Source of the DNA: an uncultured Chloroflexia bacterium
Lineage (GTDB): Bacteria > Chloroflexota > Limnocylindria > QHBO01
Assembly (NCBI GenBank): GCA_963720505.1
Contig: CAVRFT010000003.1
Span: forward strand, 863,997-927,996
DNA: 64,000 nucleotides
Direction of reading: 5' to 3'
Shown: piece by piece, positions 8,595-18,614 of the stretch
How positions within the stretch are numbered: position 1 is the stretch's first letter
Layout of the letters: every line of letters starts with the position of its first letter
Made by a program: the position numbers and the translations under genes
The notes under the pieces: generated by a model
The model's database searches: none
The model's input: only the letters and a program-made list of their open reading frames with translations
Told to the model about the DNA's origin: nothing

Positions 8595-9530
8595 ATGCGG
8601 CGCGTGACCAGGTTCGCATCGGTCTCGCGTGCCCGATCCGCCACGCTCCTGCTGGCGCTGCTGGTTGCTGCCAACGGCATCGGCATGCCGGCGGTGGCCG
8701 CGCCGCCCACGTCGAACTGCCCGCTCTTCCCGAGCACGAACGTCTGGAACAAGCGCGTCGACTCGCTGCCGGTGGCGAAGAACTCGGACGCGCTGATCAA
8801 TGCCATCGGCCGGCCGCTGCCCTTGCATCCCGACTTCAGCTCGTATCTCGGCTACGGAATCCCATACAACGTGGTCGACTCCGCCACGCCGCGCAAGGCG
8901 GTGGCGTTCGACTACGACGACGAGTCGGACCACGTGCCCTACCCGATCCCAGGCACGGCCAAGATCGAGGCCGGCAGTGACCGCCACCTGCTCATGTGGG
9001 ACACCGAGGCTTGCCAGCTGTACGAGCTGTTCAACGCCCGCAAGACGGCCAGCGGCTGGCGCGCCGGCTCCGGCGCCACCTGGGACCTGAACTCGAACGC
9101 GCTGCGACCGAATGGCTGGACCAGCGCCGATGCCGCCGGCCTGCCCATCCTGCCCGGCCTGGTGCGGCGCGAGGAGGTGATGGCCGGCGCGATCCTGCAC
9201 GCCATCCGCTTCACCGCGCCACGGACCCGCAGCTCGCACATCTACCCGGCTCGCCATCACGCCGGCTCCGGCAGCTGTGGCTGCCTGCCGCCGATGGGCC
9301 TGCGGGTCCGCCTCAAGAAGTACTTCGACGTCAGCGGCTTCAGCCCGCGCATGCAGGTGATCCTGCGGGCCATGAAGCGCTACGGAATGATCCTGGCCGA
9401 CAACGGCTCACCGTGGTACTTCAGCGGCACCTCGGACGTGCTCTGGAATGACGACGAGCTGAACCAGCTCAAGAGCCTGCACGGCCGCAACTTCGAGGTG
9501 GTCGACACCTCGAGCCTGCGCAACGGCTGA
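8595..9530 (+). CDS. Secreted hypothetical protein.
   Basis: Sec signal MRRVTRFASVSRARSATLLLALLVAANGIGMPAVAAP. The mature part has no recognisable motif. High GC3. An alternative ATG lies at 8544. Confidence 0.6.
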   Translation: MRRVTRFASVSRARSATLLLALLVAANGIGMPAVAAPPTSNCPLFPSTNVWNKRVDSLPVAKNSDALINAIGRPLPLHPDFSSYLGYGIPYNVVDSATPRKAVAFDYDDESDHVPYPIPGTAKIEAGSDRHLLMWDTEACQLYELFNARKTASGWRAGSGATWDLNSNALRPNGWTSADAAGLPILPGLVRREEVMAGAILHAIRFTAPRTRSSHIYPARHHAGSGSCGCLPPMGLRVRLKKYFDVSGFSPRMQVILRAMKRYGMILADNGSPWYFSGTSDVLWNDDELNQLKSLHGRNFEVVDTSSLRNG

Positions 9531-9806
9531 TCAGCCGTCGGAGGTGCTGGTCAGGCGGCGGCGCGTCTCGACGTCCACCAGCGAGTCGCGTCCCTCGTGA
9601 GCCGGGTGCTCGACCAGGGCGATCAGACGGCTGGCCATGAAGCGGCCGGTGCGCACCGGTGAGCCGCCGCGCGTCACCTCGCTGACCTCGACCACGCCGC
9701 GGCTGGTGGTCACCTCCAGCCGCCGTCCGTTGCGGGTCGCCTCGATCACGAAGGTCTGGGTGCCCTGGCCCGTGTCGACCACGGCTTCGACCCGATCGCC
9801 CTTCAT
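9531..9806 (-). CDS. Small hypothetical protein of 91 aa.
   Basis: MKGDRVEAVVDTGQGTQTFVIEATRNGRRLEV... with high GC3. It is the protein-like 3' tail of a 576-aa composite ORF. Its stop abuts the stop of the convergent gene within the palindrome GGCTGATCAGCC. Confidence 0.45.
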   Translation of the reverse strand: MKGDRVEAVVDTGQGTQTFVIEATRNGRRLEVTTSRGVVEVSEVTRGGSPVRTGRFMASRLIALVEHPAHEGRDSLVDVETRRRLTSTSDG

Positions 9807-9856
9807 GACGGGAATCCTACGCCCCGCGCGATGGAGCGCCAGCGCGCGACCAGGGG

Positions 9857-11346
9857 TCAGGGTGTCGCGGTTGGCGTTGGCGTGGGTGTGGCCGTGGGGG
9901 TGAGGAAGACCTGCGAGGACTCGGCGACCCAGTAGCCGGACAGGGCGCCGTCCACCAGCTGGTACCAGAAGCCGCTGCGACCCGGGATGGTGGTGCGCTT
10001 CGAGGTGTGGGCGAAGGTGGTAGCCCCAGTGCTCACGCCGGCGCCGCGCAGGATGGCCCCGCTGGCGTCGAAGCGGTAACCGGCATGGTCGCCGGCGAGC
10101 AGCGTGACCCCTGCCGCCGGATTGAGCAGCGGAGCCGATGGCTGGAGCGCCGGGCTGTTCGGGATGTTGCCGTGCACCGCGCGGTAGACGGCCTTGTAGG
10201 CGTCGATCCGCCCGAAGCGGGTGAACTGGAATGGCACCGCGACGGTGGCCGCCTTCAGGATGGACTCCACCTGGGAGCGCGTCATGCCCGGACGGGCCGA
10301 GCGCACCAGGGCCGCGATGCCCGACACCATCGGCGTCGCGGCGCTTGTCCCGCAGAAGCTGCCGAACTGCGAGTGCCACTTGGAGGTCCAGGTGCAGCCC
10401 GGTGCGGCAACCTCCACCCAGGAGGTCGAGGAGTTCGACCAGTCGTAGCGCAGGTCGTAGGACAGTCGAGGCTGCCACGCTGATCACCTCGGGGAAGGCT
10501 CCCGGGTAGAACGGGGCAGTGGTGCCGTAGTTCCCCGCGGCGCCGACCACCACCGCGCCCTTGCCCCTCGCGTAGCGAATGGCGTTGCGAAGCGTGTCGC
10601 CGCCGGTCGGCCCACCGAAGCTCAGATTGATGACGTCCGCCCCGTGGTCGGCGGCCCAGATGATGCCCTTGGCCGCCACGGTCCACAGGCCGGTGCCATT
10701 CGCAGCCAGCGCCTTGACCGGCATGATCCGACAGCGGTTGCACATGCCGGTCACGCCGATCGAGTTGGCGGTCGCAGCGATCACGCCGGCGACCGATGTG
10801 CCATGGCCGTTGTCATCGGCCGGCGCCGCGTCGTTGTTCACGAAGTCATGACCCGGCACCAGGCGCACGGCCAGGTCCGGATGCTTGCTCTGGACGCCGG
10901 TATCGACGACAGCCACGATCGTCGTCCGCTCGCCCCGCTCGAGGTCCCACGCCCTCTGGGCGCGCACCTGGCGCTGCTCCCACTGGTTGTTCCACAGTGG
11001 ATCCGGCGGAATCCAGTCGACGCTGACCAGGCCGTCGGTCTCGACGCTGACCACATCCGCCAGCCGCGCCCAGCGCCCTCGCGCGTTGGCCACCGCGGCC
11101 GCCGGCACCTCCACCACGCGGACGTTCAGCTGGTCGATGCGCGCCACCAGCTTCCCGCCGGGAAACCTCGCCAGGCGATCGGCATGGGAGTGGGACGTGC
11201 CGGGACGCAGGGTCAGCACCAGGCGGACGGTGGTCGGCGCGCCCGCAACGGGCACCGGCACCGCGGCCGATCCGGCGAGCAGCGAGAGCGGCGAACAGCA
11301 GGCTGACCGGACGCAGCGCAGAGGGTCGATGGCGCATCAGCGCCAT
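9857..11346 (-). CDS. S8 family subtilisin-like serine peptidase, secreted. It carries two apparent +1 frameshifts, near 11285 and 10440.
   Basis: Signal peptide MALMRHRPSALRPVSLLFAALAA in one frame. Catalytic VAVVDTG (Asp) and HGTSVAG (His) in a second frame. SWVEVAAPG and GTSAATPMVSGIAAL (Ser) in a third frame. C-terminal TPTATPTPTPTATP linker. All pieces are collinear. Confidence 0.7.
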
Positions 11347-11461
11347 GGTGCCCGACCGATGCATCGGCGCACCATCCTCCGTTGGTCCCGTTCGGCCGGC
11401 CCGATGGGGTTGCCGGGACCCCCCTGCGCATGACACGGGGAGAATCCTGCACCATGTCGCG

Positions 11462-12662
11462 GTGACTCGCCCAGGCCGTCTCGCATTCGGGGTGGTGCTC
11501 GCCCTGGCCATGGGCACGAGCACCTTCGCCGGCTACGCCTTCGGCGTGCTGGGACCGAACCTGGTCAACGAGTTCGACATCAGCCGTTCCCAGCTGGGTT
11601 TGCTGACCACCGTCTTCTTCCTGGTCGGCGGGCCGCTGTCGCTGGTGGCCGGACCGGGCACCGATCGGTTCGGGCCGCGGCGGGTGATGCTGATCGCCTT
11701 CGCGATCGCCGCGGCGACCCTGGTCGGCATGGCGCTGGCGCCGGGCTATCCGATCATGCTGCTCGCGGCCGGCCTGGCCGGACTGGCGCTGGCGACCGGC
11801 AATCCGGTGACCAACAAGCTGGTGGCCGTGCACCTGCCACCGGGCAGCCGCGGGCTGGTGATGGGCGGCAAGCAGGCCGGCGTGCAGGTCGGCGCGTTCC
11901 TGGCCGGCGCGCTGCTGGCCCCGCTGGCGGCGCAGGTCGGCTGGCGGGCAGCGCTCGGTTGGGCGGCCCTGGTGCCGATCGCCGCTCTGCTGGTCGCCGT
12001 GGTGGTCGTGCCGCGGGATGCCGCCCGCGACAGTGGCGGCACCCGGCGAGCCGGAGCCTTCGCGCAGCCTGCCAAGCGGCGTTCGATGGCTGGCGGTGTA
12101 CGCCTTCCTGATGGGAAGCGGCGTGGCGGCCGTCAATGCCTACCTGCCGCTGTACCTGGTCGAGCGCGCCGGAGCCAGCCAGCAGATGGCGGGCGTGGTC
12201 GTCGCCACCATCGGCCTGGTGGGAATCTTCTCCAGGCTGCTGTGGGGCTGGGCCAGCGAACGGATGCCGACCTTCAGCCTGCCGCTGCTGATGCTGGGTG
12301 GCGGGGCAGTCGTCGCCATCGGGCTGATCCTGGCCATCGAGCAGGTCGGGCTCTGGGTCGCCTGGCCCGCGGCCATCCTGTTCGGCGCGACCGCGGTGAC
12401 CTGGAACGCGGTCGGCAACCTGGCCGTGATCACCGAGTCGGGCAGCGGGCTGGCGGGTCGCGCCTCCGGCATGCTGACGTTCGGCTTCTACATGGGGTTC
12501 GTGGGCAGCCCGGTGCTGTTCGGCCTGCTGGTTGACACGACCGGCAGCTACACCCTTGCCTGGTCGTTGGTCGGCCTCGGTTTCGCGGCCACCGTGCTTG
12601 TCATCCTCGGTTGGCGCCGCAGTGCAGCACACGCCGGCGTTCCAGCGTCGGAGACTGCATGA
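11462..12662 (+). CDS. MFS transporter with an apparent +1 frameshift near 12030.
   Basis: The N-terminal six TMs are in frame 2 (GTG start; GPLSLVAGPGTDRFGPRRV). The C-terminal six TMs are in frame 3 (WLAVYAFLMGSGVAAV...). The two ORFs are contiguous and overlapping. Confidence 0.7.
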
Positions 12663-14089
12663 GGGATCCGCGCGTCACGCGCCGCGCCTTCCTGTCAGGG
12701 ATGGGCGTGGCCGGCGCCGCGCTGCTGGCCGCCTGCCTGCCGCTTGCGCCCACGCGCTCCCCGTTCGCGGCCGCCAGCCCATCCGGCTCGCCTGGCGCAT
12801 CACCCACGCCCAGACCCAGCCCCACGCCGAGGCCAACCCCGGTCGAGCTGTCGTTGCGCGCCAAGATCGGCCAGATGCTCCTCGTCGGCTTCCGCGGGAC
12901 CGATGCCGCGTCGGCGTCGGCGGTCCTGTCCGACATCACCGACCGCGGCCTCGGCGGGGTGGTCCTGTTCAGCGTCGACCAGCCCACCGGGTCGGCGGTC
13001 CGCAACATCGTGTCGCCGGAGCAGCTCGCCGCCCTGACCAGCGCGCTGCAGGACGCCGCCGCGACCGCCCCGCCACTGGCCCCGCTGCTGATCGCGGTCG
13101 ACCAGGAGGGCGGCCAGGTGGCGCGCCTGGGTCCGGACCATGGCTTCCCGCCAACCGTCTCGGCCGCGGAGCTCGGCGCGGAGGGCAACGTGCGCGTCAC
13201 CCAACGGGCGGGGCGCGACATCGCCCGCACCCTGCGCCAGGCGGGCATCAACCTGAACCTGGCGCCGGTGGTCGACCTGAACCTCAACCCGGCCAACCCG
13301 ATCATCGGCGCCCTGGACCGCAGCTTCGGCGCCGATCCGGAGCTCGTGCACCGCCAGGCAGCGGCGTTCATTCGCGGGCATCACGGGATCGGGGTGCGGA
13401 CCACGCTGAAGCACTTCCCGGGACATGGCAGCTCCGTCGGCGACACGCACCTGGGCGTGGTGGACGTGACGGACACCTGGCAGCCGGTCGAGCTGGAGCC
13501 CTTCCGCGACCTGATCCAGGACGGACTGGCCGATGCGATCCTGACCGCCCACGTCTTCAACGCACGCCTGGACCCGGACCACCCGGCGACGCTCTCGCAG
13601 CGCACCATCGACGGCATCCTGCGTCGCCAGCTCGGCTGGGACGGGGTGGTGATCAGCGATGACATGCAGATGGGCGCCATCCGGGACGCCTATGGCTATG
13701 CCGATGCGGTGCGGCTCGCCATCGTGGCCGGCGTCGACATCCTGACCATCGCCAACCAGCAGGTGTTCGAGGAGGGGATCGTGGAGCGCACGATCGAGCT
13801 GGTGGCGGGCCTGGTCGAGGACGGGCGCATTCCCGAGCAGCGGATCGACGAATCCTGGCGGCGGATCAGGAATCTGAAGGACGTCGATCGCCACCCGCGA
13901 CTCGGTGCTCTGAGGCGTCAGTCCTGGCCGGCGACCTGCAGGCTGCCGAAGCGGATCGCCACCGGCCCGGCGTACGAGGACATGACGCGGGTCTCGGATG
14001 AGAGACGGACATCGGCCAGCGCCTCGAACAGGTTGCCGGTGACCGAGCCACCGGTCAGCGGCCGGACGCCGCCCGGCCCTCGCTCGTAG
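12659..14089 (+). CDS. nagZ: Glycoside hydrolase family 3 beta-N-acetylhexosaminidase (NagZ-like), Tat-secreted. The 3' end is probably artificially extended.
   Basis: Tat motif TRRAFLSGMGVAGAALLAAC. GH3 N-terminal domain motifs KIGQMLLVGF, LLIAVDQEGGQVARL and KHFPGHG. The ORF would overlap the convergent pmbA by about 170 bp, which suggests an undetected indel near 13890. Confidence 0.75.
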   Translation: MRDPRVTRRAFLSGMGVAGAALLAACLPLAPTRSPFAAASPSGSPGASPTPRPSPTPRPTPVELSLRAKIGQMLLVGFRGTDAASASAVLSDITDRGLGGVVLFSVDQPTGSAVRNIVSPEQLAALTSALQDAAATAPPLAPLLIAVDQEGGQVARLGPDHGFPPTVSAAELGAEGNVRVTQRAGRDIARTLRQAGINLNLAPVVDLNLNPANPIIGALDRSFGADPELVHRQAAAFIRGHHGIGVRTTLKHFPGHGSSVGDTHLGVVDVTDTWQPVELEPFRDLIQDGLADAILTAHVFNARLDPDHPATLSQRTIDGILRRQLGWDGVVISDDMQMGAIRDAYGYADAVRLAIVAGVDILTIANQQVFEEGIVERTIELVAGLVEDGRIPEQRIDESWRRIRNLKDVDRHPRLGALRRQSWPATCRLPKRIATGPAYEDMTRVSDERRTSASASNRLPVTEPPVSGRTPPGPRS

Positions 14090-15264
14090 CCGATCCGAAT
14101 CTCCATGCCGAACTCGCCGGTCAGCTCGTCGACGTTCGGCGCCGAGAAGGCGAGCACGTGGTAGGCGGATCCGTCTCCGTCCAGCAGGTCCGCCATCGGC
14201 GTGCTGCCAGGCGCCACCTCGGTCATGCCCGGCCGGCCGCTGGCCGGCAGGCCCAGGTACTGCGCGTAGCGCTGGGTCGCCGGCCGCGCCCGCAGCACGC
14301 CGTCCTCGATCACCAGCAGGTCCTCGGCCGCCACGCCATCGGGATCGAACCGATAGCTGGCCACGCCGTACGGCAGCCGCGCGTTGGCGTGGACGCTGAT
14401 CAGGTCGCCGCTCGGGTCGCGATCGCCCCAGATCGGCCGGTTGATTTCAAGTCGCGAGATCTTCGAATAGGCGAAGGCCGCCGATGCCTGGTTCAGCAGC
14501 GCGCCCGTCTCGGTCACGGCGTTGTTGCCGAAGAACTGGACCAGCGCTTCGCCGCTCATCACCACCGGGCCGACCCGCGTCTGGGGGGCCGTGGCCCGCA
14601 GCTTGTCACGCGCCATGCGCGAGCCTTCGGTCACCGTCTCGTCGATGCGCAGGTCGGCCATCCGCCGGGCGGTGGCCTGGCGGAAGTACTCCGCCTCTTC
14701 GCCGCCCTGCCGGGCGAGCAGCGTGATCTCGAGCAGCAGGTGGGTGGCGACGGACATGCCGGTCAGGCCGCGGCTGTTCCGCAGCTCCTCCTCGACGGTG
14801 GTCACGAACAGCTCCGCCGCCGACAGCCGCACGTCATTCGCCGCCTCGTTGGCCGCCAGGGCGCGGATGCGGTCTGCCGCCTCGCGAGCCGCGGCGAGCG
14901 CGCCGTCAATGGACGTCAGCGAATGGTCGGCCAGCTCCACCTCCGGCATCTCGTGCGGCTCCGGTAGCGACCAGGGCGGGTTGTTGACCAGGCTGGCCAT
15001 GGTGGTCGCGGTCTCCAGCACCTCCGGCAGCCGTTCGAGGTCGGCGCGCGAGACCGGTACCTTGGCCGCCCCGCGACTCGGCTCGCCATCGGCCAGGTGG
15101 TCGTTGAAGAGCTCGACCTCGTACGACTCGCGCTCGATCTGGCGGACGTTCTCGACCTGGTTGCCCACCAGGTAGATCTGCACACCGCGGCCGACCTGGC
15201 GGCGTGCGGTCCAGTCGTGCACCGCCGGGTGGCGCTCGAGGGCATCGGTCAGGCGCTGATCCAT
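13918..15264 (-). CDS. pmbA: PmbA/TldE family metallopeptidase component.
   Basis: TldD/PmbA-fold protein directly downstream of tldD, with a 2-nt gap. 448 aa. Confidence 0.8.
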   Translation of the reverse strand: MDQRLTDALERHPAVHDWTARRQVGRGVQIYLVGNQVENVRQIERESYEVELFNDHLADGEPSRGAAKVPVSRADLERLPEVLETATTMASLVNNPPWSLPEPHEMPEVELADHSLTSIDGALAAAREAADRIRALAANEAANDVRLSAAELFVTTVEEELRNSRGLTGMSVATHLLLEITLLARQGGEEAEYFRQATARRMADLRIDETVTEGSRMARDKLRATAPQTRVGPVVMSGEALVQFFGNNAVTETGALLNQASAAFAYSKISRLEINRPIWGDRDPSGDLISVHANARLPYGVASYRFDPDGVAAEDLLVIEDGVLRARPATQRYAQYLGLPASGRPGMTEVAPGSTPMADLLDGDGSAYHVLAFSAPNVDELTGEFGMEIRIGYERGPGGVRPLTGGSVTGNLFEALADVRLSSETRVMSSYAGPVAIRFGSLQVAGQD

Positions 15265-15266
15265 GC

Positions 15267-16733
15267 TCAGGCCAGCCGGCAGCGGGTGCGGAGGAACGGA
15301 CCGCCGGAGGTGACCGGCACCAGCTCCTTCCAGCCCTTGCCGCAGGTGCCGCCGTCCAGCCAGAAATCGTTCGAGACCATGGAGACATCGGCCAGGACGT
15401 CGGGCACGTAGCCGGTGATCGCCACCGGCGAGAAGATCCGGCCGGTGGGCTTACCGTGCTTGTACTCGACCGCGAAGAGGGCCCAGATCTGGATGCCCCA
15501 GCCCTTGGGATCCTCCATCCCGTTCAGCGTCTGTCGCAGCAGGACGCCGTCGTCCAGGCTGTCCAGCAGCTCCTGGCGGGTGCTGGAGCCGGGGGTGAAG
15601 AAGGTGTTCGACATTCGCGCGTACGCCTTGCGGTGCACGCTCTCGCGACGACCGTTGGCGGTGCGGCCGATGCCGAGCCGGCTGGCCGAGTACAGGTCGG
15701 TCAGGCCGCCCTGCAGGATGCCGTCGCGGATGATCTGGGTGGGGCTGGCGCCGCGCCCTTCGTCGTCCACGAAGTAGCTGCCATAGGCGCCGGCCATGCT
15801 GGGATCGTCCACGATGTTCACCAGGTCGGAGCCGACTCGCTTGCCGATGTAGTCGGCGGCCCGCGCCCGCTCCTTCAGGAACATGTCCGTTTCCATGCCG
15901 TGGCCGAATGCCTCGTGGGCGATCACGCCGGTGGTCACGGTGTCGGTCACCACGTCAAAGGTGCCGGGTGGCACCGGCACGGCGGTCAGCATGGCCGCCG
16001 CCTCCTCGGACACCGCGCCGAGCGCCTCGTCCGGCAGCTCGATCTTCTCGAGGCCGCCGGTGCCCGTCCGCGCCAGGTACGAATACTCCTGTCGTGTCCC
16101 GTCGGACAGGAACGGAATCAGCGCCAGGCTGATGCGACGGATCTGCTGCGTGTTCAGGCCGCCGCGATTGGCGAAGACCTGCTGGACCTCCTGGTCGGTG
16201 TACTGGCAGATGGCCTGCACCGTCCGCTCGTCCTTGTCCCGCAGCGCTCGGCGCAGCGTGTCGAAACGGGTGACCTTGTCGGCCAGCGGCAGGTCGGCCG
16301 GATCCTGCTCCATTGGTGTGGCGAAGTCGCCCGATACCGCGCCGTCGCCGGCGATCTCCAGCGGCGCCTGGCCATCCGGCGGGCGGTACGCCAGCGCGCG
16401 CTCGACCAGGGCGTCGGCCAGGCGGCGGATCGCCGCCGCATCCATCTCGTCGGTCGCGGCCTCCTCCAGCCCGTAGCCGTTCGAGACGGTCAGCACGATG
16501 CCTTCCTGCGGATCCTGGCGCTCGACGGTCTGCTCGGTGTCGCGCAGGTTCAGCCGCAGGCCGCTGCGGCTGCGCATCATGGCGGAGGCGTACGGGACCT
16601 GCCGTTCCATGTCGGCCACGATCTCTGGCAGGAAGGCGAATCGCTCGCGCAGGTGCGCGGCGGTCGAGGCGTCGCGGGCGCTCAGCGCGTCAGCGGAATC
16701 GGGCACGGCGGAAGGGTAGCAGCGGTGCGCCAC
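15267..16733 (-). CDS. tldD: TldD family zinc metallopeptidase.
   Basis: HEAFGHGMETD metal-binding motif typical of TldD. 488 aa. Forms an operon with pmbA. Confidence 0.85.
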   Translation of the reverse strand: MAHRCYPSAVPDSADALSARDASTAAHLRERFAFLPEIVADMERQVPYASAMMRSRSGLRLNLRDTEQTVERQDPQEGIVLTVSNGYGLEEAATDEMDAAAIRRLADALVERALAYRPPDGQAPLEIAGDGAVSGDFATPMEQDPADLPLADKVTRFDTLRRALRDKDERTVQAICQYTDQEVQQVFANRGGLNTQQIRRISLALIPFLSDGTRQEYSYLARTGTGGLEKIELPDEALGAVSEEAAAMLTAVPVPPGTFDVVTDTVTTGVIAHEAFGHGMETDMFLKERARAADYIGKRVGSDLVNIVDDPSMAGAYGSYFVDDEGRGASPTQIIRDGILQGGLTDLYSASRLGIGRTANGRRESVHRKAYARMSNTFFTPGSSTRQELLDSLDDGVLLRQTLNGMEDPKGWGIQIWALFAVEYKHGKPTGRIFSPVAITGYVPDVLADVSMVSNDFWLDGGTCGKGWKELVPVTSGGPFLRTRCRLA

Positions 16734-16756
16734 CGGGCGCGACGTATCATCCGATC

Positions 16757-17224
16757 GTGGCCGACCGACGCATACGCTCGTCCCTGCTGTTCGACCTGTT
16801 CGCCGCCAACCAGCGCGTGCGCTCGCTCCTGACCGCCGCCATGGACGGCGCCGGCCTCAAGCCGGACGAGTACGCGGTCTACAGCGCGCTGTTCGAGTTC
16901 GAGCCCATCAGCCCCACCGAGATCGCCACCATCGTGGGCATGCCACCGACCACGCTGTCGCACTACATCCGTGCCATGCGCGAGCGCGGCCACCTGGATG
17001 AGCGGCGGAACCCGCAGGACAGCCGTTCCCGCGTGCTGACCCTGACCGTATCGGGCCGCAAGGCGCACCGGCGGGCCAGCCGGGCCTTCGAGCAGGCGTA
17101 CCGTCGCTTCATCGAGGGCATCGAAGACGAGGCGGAGGTCAAGGCAGCGCTGGCGCAGATCGAGGCCGCGGCCGCGGACGGCCTGCACCGCCTGACCAGC
17201 GACGCTCGCGCCCAAACCGGCTGA
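16757..17224 (+). CDS. MarR family transcriptional regulator.
   Basis: GTG start. SPTEIATIVGMPPTTLSHYIRAMRERGHLDERRNPQDSRSRVLTLT (wHTH). It lies in a long GC-shadow ORF 16313..17224. Confidence 0.8.
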   Translation: MADRRIRSSLLFDLFAANQRVRSLLTAAMDGAGLKPDEYAVYSALFEFEPISPTEIATIVGMPPTTLSHYIRAMRERGHLDERRNPQDSRSRVLTLTVSGRKAHRRASRAFEQAYRRFIEGIEDEAEVKAALAQIEAAAADGLHRLTSDARAQTG

Positions 17225-17264
17225 CGATCGAGCCCATCGGCTGAACCAATCGCGCATCGGGCGG

Positions 17265-17284
17265 ATACTACCAGTTGGTAGTAT
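17265..17284. promoter_or_regulatory. Perfect inverted repeat ATACTACC-AGTT-GGTAGTAT, a candidate MarR operator immediately upstream of the S41 peptidase gene.
   Basis: Read directly: 8-bp arms with a 4-bp spacer. It lies 40 bp after the MarR stop and overlaps the first ATG (17283) of the downstream ORF. Confidence 0.6.
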
Positions 17285-17294
17285 GTGCCTTGTG

Positions 17295-18611
17295 ATGCGA
17301 TCCCAGACGCGTTTCCGGCGCCGCTGGTTGGCCCTGGGGCTGACGCTGACGGTCGTCATGTCGGCGTGCGGCAGTCAGCCTGAGTCTCAGAGGACTTCGG
17401 GCTCGGGCGCTCCGTCCGCAGAGCCATCGGTGAACCTTGCTGCCGCCCGGGCGGACCTTGATCGCGCCCTCGCCCAGCTGGAGGCCATCCACCCCGATCC
17501 CTTCCACGCGGTCGATCGCGCCACCTTCGTGGCCGAGCTGGAGGCGCTGAAGCAGTCGCTGGATGGCCTGACGGCTGACCAGGCCATGGTCGGCCTGATG
17601 CGGCTCTGGGCGCGCCTGTCGGTGGAGCGCGACGGACACCAGTTCGCCTTCCTGGCGGAGGGACGCGACGGGCCGGTCCTGCCGCTGCGTGTGTACGAGT
17701 TCGAGGAGGGCGTCTTCATCACCGCCGCCATGGACGACTATGCGGACCTGGCCGGCGCTCGGCTGGTGTCCGTGGGCGGGCATCCGATCGCGGATGTGCT
17801 GGCCGCCCTGGAGCCGCTGGTGCCGCGTGACGGCCCGGCCACCGTGCCCGCCTTCCGGCCCGTCTACCTGCTGCAGGTGGCGGTCCTCCGCGGACTGGGC
17901 CTGGTGGATGACGGCGACGTGGCGCTGGAGATCGATGATGGCAGCCGGACGCGCACCGTGAGCGTGGCGCCGGTGCCGAGCTCCGAGTTCGAGGCATGGG
18001 GAGGATGGCTGCCCTACACCGGGCTGCCACCGCGCGACGGGCTGCGCGCAACCGAGCAACGTGACGAGACGATCTGGGTGGAGCGGCTGCCGGAGGGCGC
18101 CATCTACATCCGGTACCCGGCGGTGTCCGACATCCCGCAGGCGGCGATCGACGAGATCGACGAGCTGACCGCGGCGCACCCGGACGAGCGCGTCATCCTG
18201 GACCTACGCCAGAACCCTGGCGGCGACAACCACAATTACGCCAACCTGCTGTCCCACTTTACGGACCCCGATTTCGACCGGCCCGGACACCTCTTTGTCC
18301 TCACCGATCGGGTCACCTTCTCGGCGGCGGCCAACTTCTCGACCGAGATCGAGCAGAAGACGCAGGCCGTCTTCGTCGGCGAGGCGCCGGGCGGCGGGCT
18401 GAACTTCTGGGATGACGTCACCTGGGTGCACCTGGACGACTACATCGTGCCGATGCGGGTGGCCATCAGCGTCCGCTACTGGGAGAAGTCGACGCCGGAC
18501 GACCCGCGGCTGACCATCGAGCCGGACCTGGCGGTCCCGACCCTGGCGGCCGACTACTTCGCCGGTCGCGACCCCGTGCTGGAAGCGGCGCTCGCGGCAT
18601 CGGCCGACTGA
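17295..18611 (+). CDS. S41 family C-terminal processing peptidase-like lipoprotein.
   Basis: Lipobox LTVVMSAC after MRSQTRFRRRWLALG. S41 signature ILDLRQNPGG. Confidence 0.75.
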   Translation: MRSQTRFRRRWLALGLTLTVVMSACGSQPESQRTSGSGAPSAEPSVNLAAARADLDRALAQLEAIHPDPFHAVDRATFVAELEALKQSLDGLTADQAMVGLMRLWARLSVERDGHQFAFLAEGRDGPVLPLRVYEFEEGVFITAAMDDYADLAGARLVSVGGHPIADVLAALEPLVPRDGPATVPAFRPVYLLQVAVLRGLGLVDDGDVALEIDDGSRTRTVSVAPVPSSEFEAWGGWLPYTGLPPRDGLRATEQRDETIWVERLPEGAIYIRYPAVSDIPQAAIDEIDELTAAHPDERVILDLRQNPGGDNHNYANLLSHFTDPDFDRPGHLFVLTDRVTFSAAANFSTEIEQKTQAVFVGEAPGGGLNFWDDVTWVHLDDYIVPMRVAISVRYWEKSTPDDPRLTIEPDLAVPTLAADYFAGRDPVLEAALAASAD

Positions 18612-18614
18612 AGG

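Noticed and set aside
9522-9539. The palindrome GGCTGATCAGCC at the convergent stop codons of 8595..9530 and 9531..9806.
   Set aside because: It is explained by two abutting stop codons (TGA/TCA) within a GC clamp. It is too short to argue a binding site.
9531-11261. A 576-aa ORF on the minus strand that looks like one large protein.
   Set aside because: It is a composite. Its 5' part is the frameshifted middle of the S8 peptidase. Its central part is an Arg-rich out-of-frame shadow with no protein-like composition. Only the last 91 codons (9531..9806) look genuinely coding. Long open frames are expected by chance at about 70% GC.
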